NCBI RefSeq assembly: GCF_964204645.1 | Contig: NC_134031.1 | Location: 12,650,088-12,714,087 of the forward strand | DNA: 64,000 bases | Direction of reading: 5' to 3' | Origin: Tubulanus polymorphus | Taxonomy: Eukaryota > Animalia > Nemertea | Shown here: positions 25,331 through 37,689 of the stretch, piece after piece | Position numbering within the stretch: position 1 is the first letter of the stretch | Layout of the letters: the number at the start of each line of letters is the position of its first letter | Program-made: the position numbers and the translations under genes | The notes under the pieces: generated by a model | Seen by the model: only the letters and a program-made list of their open reading frames with translations | Told to the model about the DNA's origin: nothing | The model's database searches: none

Positions 25331-27738
25331 TTTTTGGTTTACCTTTGTCAGCAGTATGAGGTTGGCATTGAGCCAATTCATGTAAAATCGCGGTACGTTT
25401 TTTTATGTGAGCATTTTTTAGCCCACTTGGGACTTTAGTCCCAGCGGGCTACTGCGTTCACTTTTCGTCTGTGGTCCGTCCGTTCGTAGACGGAATCCAG
25501 TTATTTTGGGAAGTTTTGAAGACGCTTCAAGGTAATGTCTTGATATTTGGTTTATACATGTATCTACCCTAGACACATCTTCAGCCCAAAAACTGGCCCT
25601 ATCAGAATCAAGATGGCCGCCTGGCAGCCATTGTTGTTTGCCAAAATCAGCACTTTTTACACATTTTCGAAGTTTACGATGGAGATTTTGAAGACGATAT
25701 GATCAATTACCTCGATCTTTCGAATATATTTGAATCTACCAAGGGCCCATCAGCATAAGAAAAACTGGGTCCATCTGACTCAAGATGGCCGTCCTATGAC
25801 CTTTTTAGTGCCCAAAAATGTCAATTTTGGCCAGAATTCTAGGTCCTGTAGCTTCCTACTGGTTTGCCATTTCTCATTGCAATTTGTGATGGGTATTCTT
25901 TGTAAAGGGATGTTTTATACCTGAGATAGGTATTTTTGATCCGCCAATTATGACGCAATTGGCGGCCATCTTGGTGTTATTAGTACTCATTCGTAGGTGG
26001 GAAAAAGTTTTTCGACATTATATTGTTACCTAAGCATATTTTGTTACAACAATGAATTAGAAAGTTGTAGCGTATAACGTGTTCTATGATTGGGGTGAGT
26101 TTCAAGTTCATTGTTTTTTTCTATATGGCCACCAGGGGGCGTTGAATAATACAATATCTTAGTATTTCTATATTATATTTGTACCAATACATATTTTGTT
26201 ACCACAATCAATTGCAAAGTTGTAGCTCATGACATCATCTATGATTGTGGTGAGTTTTAAGGAAATTAGTTATTCTATATGGTCACCAGGGGGCGTTGAA
26301 TAGTAGAATAACCTGGTATTTCCTTATTATATTGGTACCTAGGCATATTTTGTTACCATGATTAATTGCAAAGTTGTAGTTCATGACATGTTCTATGAAT
26401 ATGGTGAGTTACAAGGTTATTGGGTTTTGAATATGGTCACCAGGGGGCGTTGAATAGTAGATTAACTTAGTATTTCCATATTAAATTAGTAACGAGGCAT
26501 TTTTTGTTACCACAATCAATTACAAAATCGTAGCTGCTGACATGTTTTATGATTGTATTGAGTTTCAAGGTCATTGGTTTTGTATATGGTCACCAGAGGG
26601 CGTTGAATATTGAAATTGTTAGATTGTTGAGCATTTGAAACCACTTCCCAAGTGGGCATGGTGTCACTGGACCCCTAGTTTCATTGGTTCTCAGGTTAAA
26701 CGACGTATAATCGATGCGCTTGAAGACATGGTCAACTGAGTTAAAATTCTACAAAAAACTGTTTTTGGCCGGAAAATTCTTGGCTCTCGCGTATAAAATT
26801 GCAATGACCTCGATTGGGGGGTGTTGTCTCTACGAGCGAATGTGATTGGCTGTTTTTGGGATATACGGGGAATTCCGGCGCTACTAAAATAATTATGGGG
26901 GAAGCCATTTATGGCGAACGTTTCATTGGACTAGGTGCGAATTTTAAATGCTCATTGCTGGTGAGAATATAATTATTTCACATATCGCCATAGGTATTGT
27001 TTCGTTTTAAAACCCGGTGATTGTGTAGATCGAAATTGAAGTGAAGCGAACTTTCACTACGCAAGGCCTCCACGTGCGCGGGACGGGAGTGCTAAACATT
27101 AGACTGTTGTTGCGCACACAAACACACGCTCATACAGACTACTATATGGAGATGCTCTAACGCTGCTTGGCGCGTGCACGTTTGGTATGATTACAGGCTG
27201 AATCGTCGTAGCAGAGAGCGCTGTTTTCTGTTTGATAGAATTTGTAATAAATTGTAATTTCTTGTCAATACTACGCAGCAAACTAAAGGTGGGCCTGTAT
27301 AGGTCGAGGTCTGAATATTGTAGTGGTAAATTCCAGGGTTTAAAACGATCTAATACTAAACCTGGTGTTTAAGCTTCCGCGACCATACATTGGAAGAGGT
27401 TTCGAGACTCAATATTCAGCCACCCTCTGATATGTGACATCATATGAATTTTATTTGAATATTTTTTCATGTTGTGAAAAATATTTTTTTGAAAATATAA
27501 AATAGTTTCCAATGCCGCGCCTGCCTGAACCCTAAGAAATTTTGGACGTAGACCATGAAAAGATGTTTATCTTTGGTCTTATTTGACTACAAAATAATTC
27601 TTTAAGAAAGATAAAAAACAATATATACTTCTAGAACTTTGAAGTCACGAATTAAAAAGATTTTTTCAAGCAATGCCCATACTCCAAACAACCTCTAGCT
27701 TTCAAGGTAAACCACACTTTGCCCATGGGCAATTTATT
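25331..27738 (+). mobile_element. Helentron-like family HINE-B, copy 1 (contains HINE-A copy 2)
   Basis: Starts TTTTTGGTTTACCTT and ends AAGGTAAACC...GCCCATGGGC...TTATT (subTIR plus 3' palindrome); colinear with 47936-50464. Confidence 0.85.
25414..26680 (+). mobile_element. HINE-A copy 2 (full length, four central monomers)
   Basis: Both termini are intact; the empty site GCATTTGTTTCATTGG is seen at ~48016-48031. Confidence 0.92.
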
Positions 27739-28152
27739 TAATAACATATAATCAAACGTATATGTGTATCATTGATTAATAACTGAGGTATTGATATCGT
27801 CCTTATTTAAATAATTCTGAAATGGGGCAAAAGAGGGCACCACCATCTTGGTCGGCATATGGTTAACGGGCAACCGTATCAAGAATTAATAATTTTGAAA
27901 AAAAACTACGCTATGCACATACCTTCACAATATTTACTGTCATATATTGGGCCTATGCTTAAATTAGAGCGAATGCATCAGAAATAAGTATTTGCCCCGC
28001 CGGGGTCGGCATGGAAACGTCGGCCCGACGGCAAAGCCGACTCCTTGCCGACCCACATCCAAATGCCGACTTCGTCTGACTAGGGCCGACTAGAAATGTT
28101 AACTGGGATGTCGCCCCAATAATTGAAAACCCCATTATGCTAAAACGTCATA

Positions 28153-28445
28153 CAGGGATGAGAATTCCCCACGGATCCACGGTTTTCCGTAGATTTCGGT
28201 ATTGAAAAATATCAATTTTCCAAATAGTCCAAAATTGATGTAAAAGTATGGGGGGGGGGTTATGACCTCATTCAATTGGTCTGGCGCGATCGGTAACCAG
28301 GTGAACCGTAAAAGCGTTCAGTGCCTGTTTTACTTATCGTCGCGTAAAAGTATCGCATTTCAATGCATATTGATCGCAACACTGATTTTGTATCTACTAT
28401 GATGAGTGTGTATGTATTTTATCAATCGGTTGCAGACACGCGCGT
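28153..28445 (+). mobile_element. Left arm of hAT-like family 'G' (CAGGGATG terminus)
   Basis: Homologous to 35513-35755 and 40211-40398. Confidence 0.7.
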
Positions 28446-30144
28446 GCGGCAGCAGTAGTAATGTATATAGGCCTAGTTACTGTTGCCACGCGTGTGTGGC
28501 GAACGCCTTCAGATATTATACACTACTGGGTGATGATTTTAATTGAGCATTGATCGGCGTGTTTTAACTGCAATAATTCAGGACTCGACCCGTAATGCAT
28601 GAGATGCTGAATGTCATCGAATGAGGATGTACCACATTGGAACTAGCCATTACCTTCCAAAATATAATAGTCGTTCATGGGTTCAAGATCGCTCTAAGTG
28701 CTCGGAAAACGCTTTTAATTTCTAAAAGCCTTCGGCGCTTGCGATTGCTGAGCCGTCACCTGGTTCACCTGTGCAACTCAACAAAAAAGAAACCCGCGGA
28801 TTTTATAGGTCGGCGTTCTCATCTCTGGTCATAATAAACGTTATTCTGCGTTTACATAGGGGGGGATATCAAGTTGTTGAAGATGTCAGTGGTGCAACAG
28901 TATTTCATTCGGAGGCATTGGTAAAGCACTTGGGATTTCTGTGAAGGCCACATCTGGACCTTGAACCTGATCTCACAGTATCAAAGTTGCGGAATTCAGC
29001 AAACTTTTTTCATATTAGCCTACTTTAGAGGGACTTCTGGTTACATTTCACTGATTCTGTAGGTGTTTTATTCATGAAAAATGGACCAAAACAAAGGATT
29101 TGACCAAAATAATTCTGCTCAAGTGCCGAGAGTTGGAAACCGAGAAAATCGAGAGAGTATTGATTGTACAATTGTACGATTGCCTACCACTAGTGTATCA
29201 AGGGGTACTCTGGTTTGCCCTTCTATTTTTCTGGTTCGTGATTTTGACAGGCTCTTGTACTAGCATGAATATTTATTCCAGGCAAGTAAGCTTAATCTGA
29301 AAGTAGTATAAAAAATGGTCAATTGGAATCTAAACGAAAATAGTTAACTTCTAGGGCATAGGTTTCATGCCCCAAATATGTTTTAAGATTGCACCGTTTT
29401 GTGCTATGATATAGTTGCCCTTCCAGTTCAGCAGGACTCAGAAACCACCCCGGGGTGGTGAAACATCTGGATCCGTCCCTAGACCAAAGATAACCTTTGA
29501 GGCTTTAGGCCTTCTACAGAAAAATTATTCAAATATGAGCTCTCATAGCCACCAGAACGCATCTCAGACATTTTATTGTTCAAAATTTTCTTGGGGGAGG
29601 GCCCCTAGACATCGCGCGTTAGGCGCTCATTTGGATATACGCGCCTTCGGCGCTCCGGATTGTCACACCGGTGAATTTAAGGTGGCTACGCCCCTGCGTG
29701 TACGTACGGTCTACTATATATTGGATGGAAAACCTGCTTATCCTGAACCCGGATATTTTGGCGTTTTCTTACTCGATCAAAATGTTTTAAAACTAACACA
29801 GAAAAGACTTGTTGATGAATGTAACCAATTAGAAATTCGGAGATCAATTTTTCTTTTTTTTAGTTTATCTGCCGTAAAAGCTGAGCGGATAACAGGATAA
29901 AGAAACATAATATAGAAACCCCCCACATGCTCCGCTTTAATAGATGTTAAGACATCTTGCGGCCGAGGAGTATTCAAAACATTAAATTTTCCCGTACAAC
30001 ATTTGCTTTAGTCATTGCCCTTATTCTTAGTTGTTAGAGGTATCAAAGTTATAGATACATACATACATAACATATAGACAAAAAAAATTAATGATTTGCA
30101 TTTTATGAACTTTTTAATGTAATTTTTGGATCCAACCTGGGATC

Positions 30145-31368
30145 TTTTATTCTTTTTTTTTAGCTTTTTTTGTATACAAGGGTATAGATACAAGATTTTC
30201 TTAATACATAGTATATTACAATCAAAAAGCAATAAAGTAGAAAATGGACAAATACATACATCATTTACAACAGCTTAATACATATTATACAAGATTATTT
30301 TACATAAAAATCAAGTAAACATCATTCCAATATTTACATTTTTACTGATTTCCTTTTATCCTGCACAAATTATTTTAACCCATTAGCACTCATGAATTGC
30401 ATTATGTTGTGTCAATTACTCCACTGAAAATTCGAGGTAAAATCTAAGTTCATTACGATACTAAATAGCTCATTTGCTGTTTATTTCATGATGCATTACA
30501 AGTTAGTTTTATTTTGTAGTAAATAGTCAAGGCTTTCATATGATATGACTTGATGAGGTGGGCCACCAAAATTGTGTCTTTTTGGCCCCCTGAAATTCAT
30601 CCAAACTTACATGGATTTGAAGTGAGCGCTCAGATGTGTCATGTTCAAACTCGAAATACTCGAGAAATTGAAATAGGAGGATGTAGATTTCTGTTTGGTA
30701 TTTCGAGGACTTAGGTGTGTAGTTTATCATAAGCTATTGGGTTCGAATCCCACTCTAACCGTTTTTGTGCAGCATACGAAAAAAGTGCCGGGCGGCTTGA
30801 GGAGTAATAGGTAGAGTGGATACGGGCGGCTTGAGTGCTAATGGGTTAAAGTCTATCTATACTGTTTAGAGATTCGTCGTTTATTTTGTATTCAACCCCC
30901 CTGATTTTGATCAATTTTTCCACATTTCAATATTTTTAAAATGAGTAACCTCCTGATTATATATAATCTATTTTTTATAAAGTTTCTCGAGTAATTTTTT
31001 AGATCAATCGCATTTTCGCCTGTACATAAATTTCGGTGGTTTTTATATTAGGTCCACTTCAGAACAGTTGAAATGTAATTACATATATCTCGATTTATTT
31101 GATCTTTCACACTGTCTTTTGTTGGGATACCGAGATCGATTAATCTATTTGTGTTAAGTGATCGATTGTTCTGCTACCCCATCTATGATGGTTTGATATC
31201 TCCTAAAGAGATCAACTGCAGCCGGACATTCAATGACTACAGGCACATTCGTAGAGGCTCGGCCACATACTTTACACCTAGGATTGTTTGATAGGTTCCA
31301 CGTGACAGGTATTTGTGCTGTGGCTAAGCTATCGTGGAGTAGTCTCCATTGCATATCACCTAGTTGTT
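30145..31368 (-). mobile_element. Tx1/L1-group LINE ORF2 3' fragment
   Basis: LGDMQWRLLHDSLAT...CKVC...IECP (zf-RVT-like). It continues in frame with 33771-34260 once HINE-A is removed. The distal limit is approximate. Confidence 0.72.
30379..30845. mobile_element. piggyBac-type MITE
   Basis: TTAA|CCCATTAGCACTCA ... TGAGTGCTAATGGG|TTAA: 14-bp perfect TIR with TTAA TSD. Confidence 0.9.
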
Positions 31369-33770
31369 AACCCAGCGGGCTATTGCGTTCACTTTTTGTC
31401 TGTCCGTGCATAGACGGAATCCAGTTATTTTGGGAAGTTTTGAAGACGCTTCAATGTAATGTCTTGATATTTAGGTTGCACATGTATCTACTCTAGACAC
31501 ATCTTCAGCCCAAAAACTGGCCTTGTCAGAATCAAGATGGCTGACAGGCAGCCATTGTTGTTCGCCAAAATCAGCACTTTTTACACATTTTTAAACTTTT
31601 TGACGGAAATTTTGATGATGCTTTGATCAAATACCTTGATCTTTCGTATATATTCGAATCCCCCAAGGGTCCATCAGCTTAAGAAAATTTGGGTCGATCG
31701 GACTCAAGATAGTCCTTTGACCTTTTTGGTGGCCAAAAATGTCAATTTTGGCCGGAATTCTGGGTCCTGTAGCTCCCTACTGGTTTGCCATTTCTCATTG
31801 CAATTTGTGATAGGTATTCTTTGGAAAGGGATGTTTTATACTTGAGACAGGTATTTTTGATCAGCCTATTATGACGCAATTGGCGGCCATCTTGGTGTCA
31901 TCATTACTCATTCGTAGGTAGGAACAAGTTTTTCCACATTATTTTGAGACCTAAGCATATTGTGTTTCCGCAATCAATTGGAAAGTTGTAGCCCATAATG
32001 TGTTCTATGATTTTGGTGAGTTTCAAGGTCATTGGGTTTTTGATGGGTTTCGTCATCAGACGAACCCATCTATGGCATCGTCGTCATGTCTGTCTGTCCG
32101 TCTGTGGATGTTTCTTTATGACAGGATTTAAGCTGTTTGTGTGGACCGACAATTCTGTAATTTCACACAGGTATTCTCTACTTGATGTAGATGGTGCAGC
32201 TTGGTTTATATATGATTCCAATGGTTATAAGTGCTCTAATTTGGTTAAAAGATAATTAACGTTCTAAAGATAATTAATCGCTAGTTCAAGCCGCTGTATA
32301 GCGCGTTGCTACGACGATGCTCGATCAACATACTGGTACTCGCTGTGTAATACTGAACACGTACATACCTGTAGATATTGATCGTACTAGCACCGGTTTT
32401 AGAAAGCGCGCGCTGATCGGTCTTAACACTTCTCGGAACTGCTGTGCTAAATGCCGAGAGGCCGAAACTACGCGCAATCATTTATTGGGTTCGTCACATT
32501 TGATAGTGAATGGATAGATAACCGGTGTCAGGTCGCTACTCCCCATCAGTATAACTCGTCAGTATAAGAAATAATTCTTTCGAGTTTTTTTTTTCAATCC
32601 CCGAAGTTGTTACAATGTTGACCTCGCCGTTTTATAAGCTTACCGATGATTCTTCTAGTATTTTCAGGGTCACAAGACATGGCGAATTCGCGATGTTTTG
32701 TACAAATTTCACGAAACAAACAATTATTTAGGCAGCACCTGATCTATTGATTGATTATGATAAATAAAGTTTATTTCATTAAAAATTTGTTTTATTCAAA
32801 CACTACTTTCATCGCACATAGCGTGATCGGTAGGCCCTACTATTCAACGGTAGGCCATGGACTCTTTCTTGGGGTAGGCCTATTACAAATGATACAATCC
32901 GCGCGTCCGTGAATAAGTGACACGTGGTGGGGCGGGTTGTGAGGAGCATCGAAACTAATCCGTCACAAATAATAGATAGAAAACAAAACCTTAAGAGGTT
33001 AACTTTTATTAACATCATTACCAAATCAAAACCTGCACATCCTATCATAAATAGAAATTCTAAGAATTTATTTCAAAGAATAATAAATTGCGTCTAAATA
33101 TTGGGATTCGAACTCGTAGCATCGATTCAGGTGCCTTTCCCAAAGCGGGTATCCCATGGGGAAAACCCATTACTATTTATATCGAGAATCGAGAACGACA
33201 GCGAGTTCGGTGAATGAAACAGAAATTACACAGAAACCCATCATGGAAAGTTTCTTTCTGGTTGTATATGGCCACCAGGGGGCGTTGAATAATACAATAA
33301 CTTAGTATTTCATATATTATATTTGTACCTATGCATATTTTGTTACCACAATCAATTGCAAAGTTGTAGTTCACGACATGTTTTATGATTGTGGTGAGTT
33401 TCAAGGTCATTGGGTTTGCATATGGTCACCAGGGGACATTGAATCGTAGAATAACTTAGTATTTCCATATTTAATTGGTAACGAGGCATATTTTGTTATC
33501 ATTATCAATTACAAATTGTAGCTGCTCACATGTTCTATGATTGTGGTGGGTTTCACGGTCATTGGTTTTGTATATGGTCACCCGGGGGCGTTGAATATTG
33601 AAATTGTTAGATTGTTGAGCATTTGAAACCACTTCCCAAGTGGGCATGGTGTCCCTGGACCCCTTAGTTGTATATGGTCACCAGGGGGCGTTGAATATAT
33701 AAACTGTTAGATTGTTGAGCATTTGAAACCACTTCCCCCAAGTGGGCATGGTGTCCCTGGACCCCTAGTT
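31369..33770 (+). mobile_element. HINE-A copy 3 (interrupts Tx1 LINE; contains HINE-C; last ~100 bp duplicated)
   Basis: Homologous to other HINE-A copies at 31371-32040 and 33264-33770. Confidence 0.88.
32038..33263 (+). mobile_element. Helentron-like family HINE-C
   Basis: 5' hairpin GATGGGTTTCGTCATCAGACGAACCCATC, (GTCT/GTCC)n microsatellite, 3' subTIR GAAACCCATC plus GAAAGTTTCTTTC hairpin ending CTGGTT; inserted in a T-run without TSD. Confidence 0.8.
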
Positions 33771-34260
33771 TGTCTAGGATTGGGTTATATACATCTTTCG
33801 ATGTTTGGGACCAGTTAATTTCTAGCCCATTTAGCACATCATTTATTTTAGTTCGGTCAACCGGGGTTATATGACCGAAACTTTTTGCTATGATTAAGTC
33901 ATAAATCTGTCGAATTTGTGCTTTGACAACAGGATTTCGGTGATTTCCAATAAGGAAGGTATATGCAGATTTATTTGTATCTTGAAGATACAGATACAAA
34001 TGGATCGTTGGGACTTCTTCCGTTTATAGTTAATGATGGTTTGTTGAAAATGGGTTGGTTCTTAGTTTCGGGAGGCCTGGTTCGGCTCGTTCTATGACAT
34101 ATTTCCAAGCTGCTATTTGATTTTTGCGTAGCAACGCTGACCACAATGTTTTAGTGGTTCCACTTGCACCTCATTTTCCCACTTTTCTCTGTCATTTGAC
34201 ATAAGATAGCTTTGTAACTTGCTCAGTCAGTCGGAAATTTGTTGCGCTTTCCTGAGTTTG
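33771..34260 (-). mobile_element. Tx1/L1-group LINE ORF2 fragment (upstream continuation)
   Basis: ...INWSQTSKDVYNPILDK joins QLGDMQWRLLH across the HINE-A insertion. Confidence 0.7.
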
Positions 34261-34739
34261 TTAAAAGAAAGAAAGAATTTATTTCTGAAAGAAGAAATTG
34301 AAGGAATTCGGTAAAAAAATTATTATTTTCCCGCCTGATTTCATATCGGGATATCCCTTGACTTTTGCACACTGATATGGCTGTGGTGATCGGCCTTTCT
34401 AAAAAAAGAATTCTTACTTAGAGGTGCGCCGCTACTTGTTATCGTAGGCCTAAAAAACATTTTTTGATATTTGAATTAACAACATATATTTGGCTATGAT
34501 ATGAGGCCTGGGCAAGGATATAAAAACCAGCACTTCTCATGCGCGTAAGCAGAAAAGATTTGTGTGTTCTGAAAACCGGTTCATCATGTTTCACGTGACT
34601 AATACAGTTTTCCGATCCTCTCTTCAAAAGTAAAGAACTAAAATATAGCTGCAAAGCAGCGATGACGGGTTTTCTGCAAAGCCATTCAGGATGATGGGAA
34701 TTGTAGTAAATTGAAATACCAATACATAGAATATAATGC

Positions 34740-35512
34740 ATTGACAGATTCGAACCTATTATGCAACCACTCTGTAAACATCAAATGTGATTCAGCTTTG
34801 AAACCAAACATACGTGGACATACAATCAACAAATATGAATTTATTCGATCAGGTATTTATTTTGGCATTCAAACATCATGTCATTCTGTCTCGCTGGGTA
34901 ACCGATAACCGAAAGTTATTTTGAGGGGGCAAAAAAATTGTTGGTCAATAGATTCGGCCTGCCGCATAAAATAGCCGATGTATATTAATTCATTAGTAAA
35001 TCTAACCGCTCCACAAGTGAATTCTCGGTCAAAAGGATCTTTTACGACAAGATTGAGAGTAATATACATGTGCTTGAGTCTCTTGGAAGAACAACATCCT
35101 GTTACGGTGCCATGTTTGTACCCATTTTGCGTAATAAGCTGCCCCTTGAAATTAAACGCGATATTTCAAGGGAGCTTGGCAATCGCCACTGGGGTATGGA
35201 TTTGTTACGCAAAGCTATCAAGCGAGAGGTGACAACATAACAGGCGTGTGTCGAATCGGTTGACCATAAACCGAACACCTGGGCAGTTTTGTTTGTTTCA
35301 TCATTTCGATTGGTCAAAACACAACACAGATCTCAATAGAAGTTTAGCACGCATAATTCACAATGTCCGTTTAACAATCGGGGTGAATGTTTATATTGCC
35401 GATCACACAATCATTTCGCCGCTCAGTAAAAAAGGCGCAATATTGTTATCAGGGATGATAATCTTCCTTGGATTTCCGCGGTTGGAGGTCCATTTTTATC
35501 ATTCTTGAGATC
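34740..35512 (+). mobile_element. BEL/Pao gag remnant
   Basis: FVPILRNKLPLEIKRDISRELGNRHWGMDLLRKAIKREV (~35115-35235) and a zinc-knuckle-like GECLYCRSHNH (~35380-35415). Confidence 0.7.
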
Positions 35513-37688
35513 CAGGGATGAGAATTCACTGCGGATCCCGTGGATTTCAGTATTGAAAAATATCAATGATGTGATGATCTCATTCAATTGGTCTGGCGCG
35601 ATCGGTAATCAGGTGAACTGTAAAAGCGTTCAGTGCCTGTTTTACTTATCGTCGCGTAAAAGTATCGCATTTCAATGCATATTCATTGCAACACTGATTT
35701 TGTATCTGCTATGATGAGTGTGTATGTATTTTATTGATCGGTTGCAGACACGCGCTGGTGCGTGTGTGCAACTCAGGGTTAGGGTCTTGTGGAAAAGTTG
35801 ATGTTAGATCGTAGAGTACTTAAAGAACAGACTGTAAAAAGCGTCTCATAAATCCGGTGCTACGATCTCTGAAATCTTTTTTTACAACATCATTGCAAAA
35901 AACACCGCTGTTGTCTAGAACCACTGTGCAGATCAATAATATATATACGTGCAATGGCGCTGCGCGGGAAATCTATATTTAGAATCTGTGGTTGCACGCT
36001 TCAATTCATCCAACAAAGCATAGCCTACATGCTCAATAAATGTAGTCATGGTTCTAATTCAGGCGCAATACACTTAGCTTGAGTGATAGATTGGAAAGTT
36101 ATAGATAGGGGCTCCTCTTGCGACTCTTTTTAGCCCACTTGGGACTTAAGTCCCAGCGGGTTATTGCGTTCACTTTTCGTCCGTCCGTCCGTTCGTCCGT
36201 CCGGTTATCCAGTTATTTTTTTGGAAGTTTTGAAGACGCTTCCATGTAATGTCTTGATATTTGAGTTACACATGTATCTACCCTAGACGCATCTACAGCC
36301 CAAAAACTGGCCCTGTCAGAATGAAGATGGCCGACTGGCAGCCATTGTTGTTCGCCAAAATCGACACTTTTTACACATTTTTGAACTTTCTGAAGGAAAT
36401 TTTGAAGACGCTTTGATCTATTACCTTGATCTTTCGGATGAATGTGAACCCCCCTAGGGCCCATCAGCATACAAAAATTGGGTCAATCGGACTCAAGATG
36501 ACTGTCCTATGACCTTTTTTAGTGCCCAAAAATGTCAATTTTGGCCCAAATTCTGAGTCCTGTAGCTCCCTACTGGTTTGCCATTTCTCTTTGCAATTTT
36601 CGATGGGTATTCTTTGAAAGGGGATGTTTTATACCTGAGACAGGTATTTTTGATCAGCCAATTATGACGCAATTGGCAGCCATCTTGGTGTCATCAGTAC
36701 TCATTCGTTGGTGGGAAAAGGTTTTTCCACATAATATTAATACCTAAGCGTATTTTGATACCACAATCAATTAGAAACTTGTAGCTCTTATCGTGTTCTA
36801 TGATTGTGAGTTTCAAGGTCATTGGTTTTTGTATATGGCCACCAGGGGGCGTTGAATAATACAATATATTAGTATTTCTATATTATATTCGTATCAATGC
36901 ATATTTTGTAACCACAATCAATTGCAAAGTTGTAGCTCATCACATCTATGATTGTGGCAAGTTTTAAGGCCTTTAGTTATTCTATATGGTCACCAGGGGG
37001 CGTTAAATAGTAGAATAACTTAGTATTTCCTTATTATATTGGTACCTAGGCATATTTTGTTACCATGATCAAATACAAAGTTATAGTTCGTGACATGTTC
37101 TATGATTGTTGTGAGTTTCAAGGTCATTGGGTTTTGAATCTGGTCACCAGGGGGCGTTGAATAGTAGAATAACTTAGTATTTCTTTATTAGATTGGTAAC
37201 GAGGCATATTTTGTTGTCACAATCAATTACCAAATTGTAGCTGCTGACATGTTCTATGATTGTGGTGAGTTCCAAGGTCATTGGTTTTTGTATATGGTCA
37301 CCAGGGGGTGTTGAATATTGAAAATTTTTGATTGTTGAGCATTTAGAACCACTTTCCAAGTGGGCATGGTGTCCCTGGACCCCTAGTTTATTGACAAGTT
37401 CATTTAAGTATGAACTTGATATCGTTGGAGCCATCCTTTTCTTGTACTCAAGACGTAAACAATGAACGATCAACTGCGGAGCAGCAGTCTTATTTCGTCA
37501 TTGGAAAATGGGCCTCAGATGCACCAGAAACTTCTTGAAATTTCAAAATTTTCTTGGGGGGCTCCCACACCCCCCTTTAGGGGCTTCGCTCGCACCTTCG
37601 GTGCTTGAAGCTGCTAGTTAGCCTCTAGGCTCTAATACTTTATTTCAAATATTTCCGCGTTTTTTAAACGCCTCTATTTTCATCCCTG
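35513..37688. mobile_element. hAT-like family 'G' element (contains HINE-A copy 4)
   Basis: CAGGGATGAGAAT at 35513 and ATTTTCATCCCTG ending at 37688; no matching TSD. Confidence 0.6.
36127..37388 (+). mobile_element. HINE-A copy 4 (full length)
   Basis: Both termini, the (CCGT)n tract and four central monomers are present. Confidence 0.92.
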
Positions 37689-37689
37689 G

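Larger units (their letters stand above)
15746..28107. mobile_element. CMC/EnSpm-type element envelope (CCCAG...CTGGG termini, 2-bp TSD AT)
   Basis: 25-bp imperfect TIRs (19/25 identical) with CCGAC-rich subterminal regions at both ends. Removing the element restores the palindrome GCGACATATGTCGC in the host. Confidence 0.6.
15709..29696. mobile_element. Possible hAT-like non-autonomous element envelope (perfect 16-bp TIR pair), expanded by nested insertions
   Basis: CAGGGGCGTAGCCACC at 15709 and GGTGGCTACGCCCCTG ending at 29696. The 8-bp flanks do not match, so pairing of the two ends is not proven. Confidence 0.5.
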
